This document shows, in pieces, positions 35,368 through 36,886 of a stretch of 36,886 bases of DNA. The translations under genes were made by a program, and so were the position numbers. Position 1 is the first letter of the stretch; every line of letters begins with the position of its first letter. Where the stretch lies: positions 1 to 36,886 of the IMG/VR virus record IMGVR_UViG_3300020431_000302, one strand, 5' to 3'. The notes beneath the pieces were generated by a model. The model was not told the origin of the DNA. It was given only the letters and a program-made list of their open reading frames with translations, and ran no database searches. Source of the stretch: a virus. Its lineage: Duplodnaviria > Caudoviricetes.

Positions 35368-36527
35368 CCAAAAAATAATTCTAGGTTTACAACTTTTTCA
35401 ACATTCCAACCAATAGCATCAAGGATAACCTTTACAGGTTCCAAGAAAGCTTTGCTGAATTGTAGTTCATAGTCTATGTACTTGTCAATACCCATCTCAT
35501 AGGGGAACTCAGAGATGAATGAAATAACATTCTCTCTAATTGGGTTTTGTTTCTTTAAGTATATAAACTTGATTTTATCACCATTATTGATAAGGGAGTA
35601 CTTACTAGTTAGACCCCTTTCTTTCAAATAATGATTATATAGAAGAGCTCCTCTCACATGAATAGGGCAACCCCTACCATAAATTGTAGAGTGTGCTTTA
35701 TGCTTATTCACATCAGAGATTGACCTAGGAAAAGCAATCTGCTCTGGGGGCATATTCCTAAACTTAGTTCTAGCATCATCAATAAAGTCAATCACATCCT
35801 CCTCTGTGCCCTCCATCATCAGGTGTAGGGCATCCTTAATCATCTTTCTACATGGAGCAGGTGTAGAGGACTTTACTGCTTCAATTCCCATCATCTTCAG
35901 TTTGGGCTCCTCATATCTGACACCCTCACTGTCCCACACATTGAGGATATATCTCTTCTTAGCAGTCCAGATACCACGGTCAGCAATGTTCTCACGCTTC
36001 ATCTGCATCTTCTGGTCATATGCATTCACATACGTCGCAAGAGTTTGATAAGAGGATTCGATGAACGGTTCCAACTTGTCCTGACAGATCTGGTCAAGTA
36101 TCCCCACAAGTTTAGCCTTATTGCTGATATGATCACTAAAAAATTTATTAACGAGAGGTCCAAAATTAATATAGATTGAGTCAGTGTCAGATGCAATGAC
36201 ATAATCCACATCTTCTGTTTTTAATAGATTATTTAGGTATGAATTCATACGAATCTCAATCCATCTAATAGATGTCTGCCCAGATAGTGTAATTGCTTCA
36301 GCATTTGCTAACTTATAGTATCTAAAATACTGGTTGCCAATGGCACCATAAGCAGAGTTGAGAGCAATCTTTCTACCCATCTGAAAGTTATTGAACTTAG
36401 CAACATCCTTAACTGTCTGATCTCTAAGATTCAAGAGTTCTTTATCAGACAATGATGAATAGTCCTTATCTGATGTCAGTATCTCCTTTTCTGCTCCTTC
36501 TGCTGCTCCTCCAATTAAAAATCCCAT
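35364..36527 (-). CDS. gp43: Family B DNA polymerase, C-terminal part only (gp43B-like)
   Basis: KIALNSAYG (motif B), SDTDS (motif C), KKRY, KSSTP and C-terminal clamp-binding LELFF. The exonuclease domain and motif A are absent. Confidence 0.93.
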   Translation of the reverse strand: MGFLIGGAAEGAEKEILTSDKDYSSLSDKELLNLRDQTVKDVAKFNNFQMGRKIALNSAYGAIGNQYFRYYKLANAEAITLSGQTSIRWIEIRMNSYLNNLLKTEDVDYVIASDTDSIYINFGPLVNKFFSDHISNKAKLVGILDQICQDKLEPFIESSYQTLATYVNAYDQKMQMKRENIADRGIWTAKKRYILNVWDSEGVRYEEPKLKMMGIEAVKSSTPAPCRKMIKDALHLMMEGTEEDVIDFIDDARTKFRNMPPEQIAFPRSISDVNKHKAHSTIYGRGCPIHVRGALLYNHYLKERGLTSKYSLINNGDKIKFIYLKKQNPIRENVISFISEFPYEMGIDKYIDYELQFSKAFLEPVKVILDAIGWNVEKVVNLELFFG

Positions 36528-36886
36528 CAGTTCATTTCCTTAACAGTTCCAATAATCCAAGATTTCATACCAAATGGAGTGTCTGCAATAAGTGTTTGAA
36601 CACATTCTACCACATCTTCTGGGACAATCAAACAAAAACCAATACCAAGATTAAATACATTACGCATCTCTTCCTCAGCAATGTCTCCTGCTTCCTGGAT
36701 CTTGTTAAAGAGTTCTGGTCTCTCCCAAGCATCATAGTCAACATCAACTATAAGACCTGCTGGAAGGCACCTAGGAAGGTTCTCAGGAATGCCACCTCCA
36801 GTGATATGAGCCATGCCTAGGATAGGAACTTCATCCAATAGATGCTGGATTAGACGAGCATAGATGGTAGTTGGTCTCAGAAGTTC
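36527..36886 (-). CDS. purM: Phosphoribosylaminoimidazole (AIR) synthetase, 5' part outside window
   Basis: Open frame to the window edge: ELLRPTTIY...AHITGGGIPENLPR...EMRNVFNLGIG. Confidence 0.93.
   Translation of the reverse strand, partial: ELLRPTTIYARLIQHLLDEVPILGMAHITGGGIPENLPRCLPAGLIVDVDYDAWERPELFNKIQEAGDIAEEEMRNVFNLGIGFCLIVPEDVVECVQTLIADTPFGMKSWIIGTVKEMN

Noticed and set aside
36380-36527. Split intein or group I intron explaining the gp43 break
   Set aside because: There is no IntC-type HN-[CST] junction in the gp43 N-terminus and no non-coding space for an intron core, because purM abuts the ATG.
1-36886. CRISPR array, IS element, integrase, or introns/inteins in nrdA, nrdB and gp41
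   Set aside because: No repeat-spacer pattern or transposase/integrase motifs were seen, and these core genes are of normal length and uninterrupted.

Overview
This is an AT-rich segment of a T4-like cyanomyovirus (marine Synechococcus/Prochlorococcus phage type), with every credible gene on the minus strand. In transcription order (right to left) it holds: the 3' end of purM; a C-terminal-only gp43 DNA polymerase (apparent split gene); uvsX; gp41; mazG; late virion-type genes with a nuclease-like/DNA methyltransferase pair; gp61; nrdA; nrdB; a GIY-YIG-like gene; a SleB-type hydrolase; three tRNAs; and a wcaG-type RNA. Next comes an 18-gene, ~16 kb glycan operon behind a perfect sigma70 promoter, encoding a GME-like epimerase, GT11, GT6, methyltransferases, a kinase/NTP-transferase/HAD module, a GDP-heptose-like HddA-cupin-HddC-dehydratase module, GT4s and GT25. 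An outer-membrane beta-barrel gene runs off the left edge. The best leads are the intein-free split polymerase coupled to purM, a cupin in the gmhA position of a heptose-type pathway, a pseudoknotted RNA leading the tRNA operon, and a possibly overprinted membrane protein upstream of the cell-wall hydrolase. All family calls come from motif recognition by eye; no database search was run.
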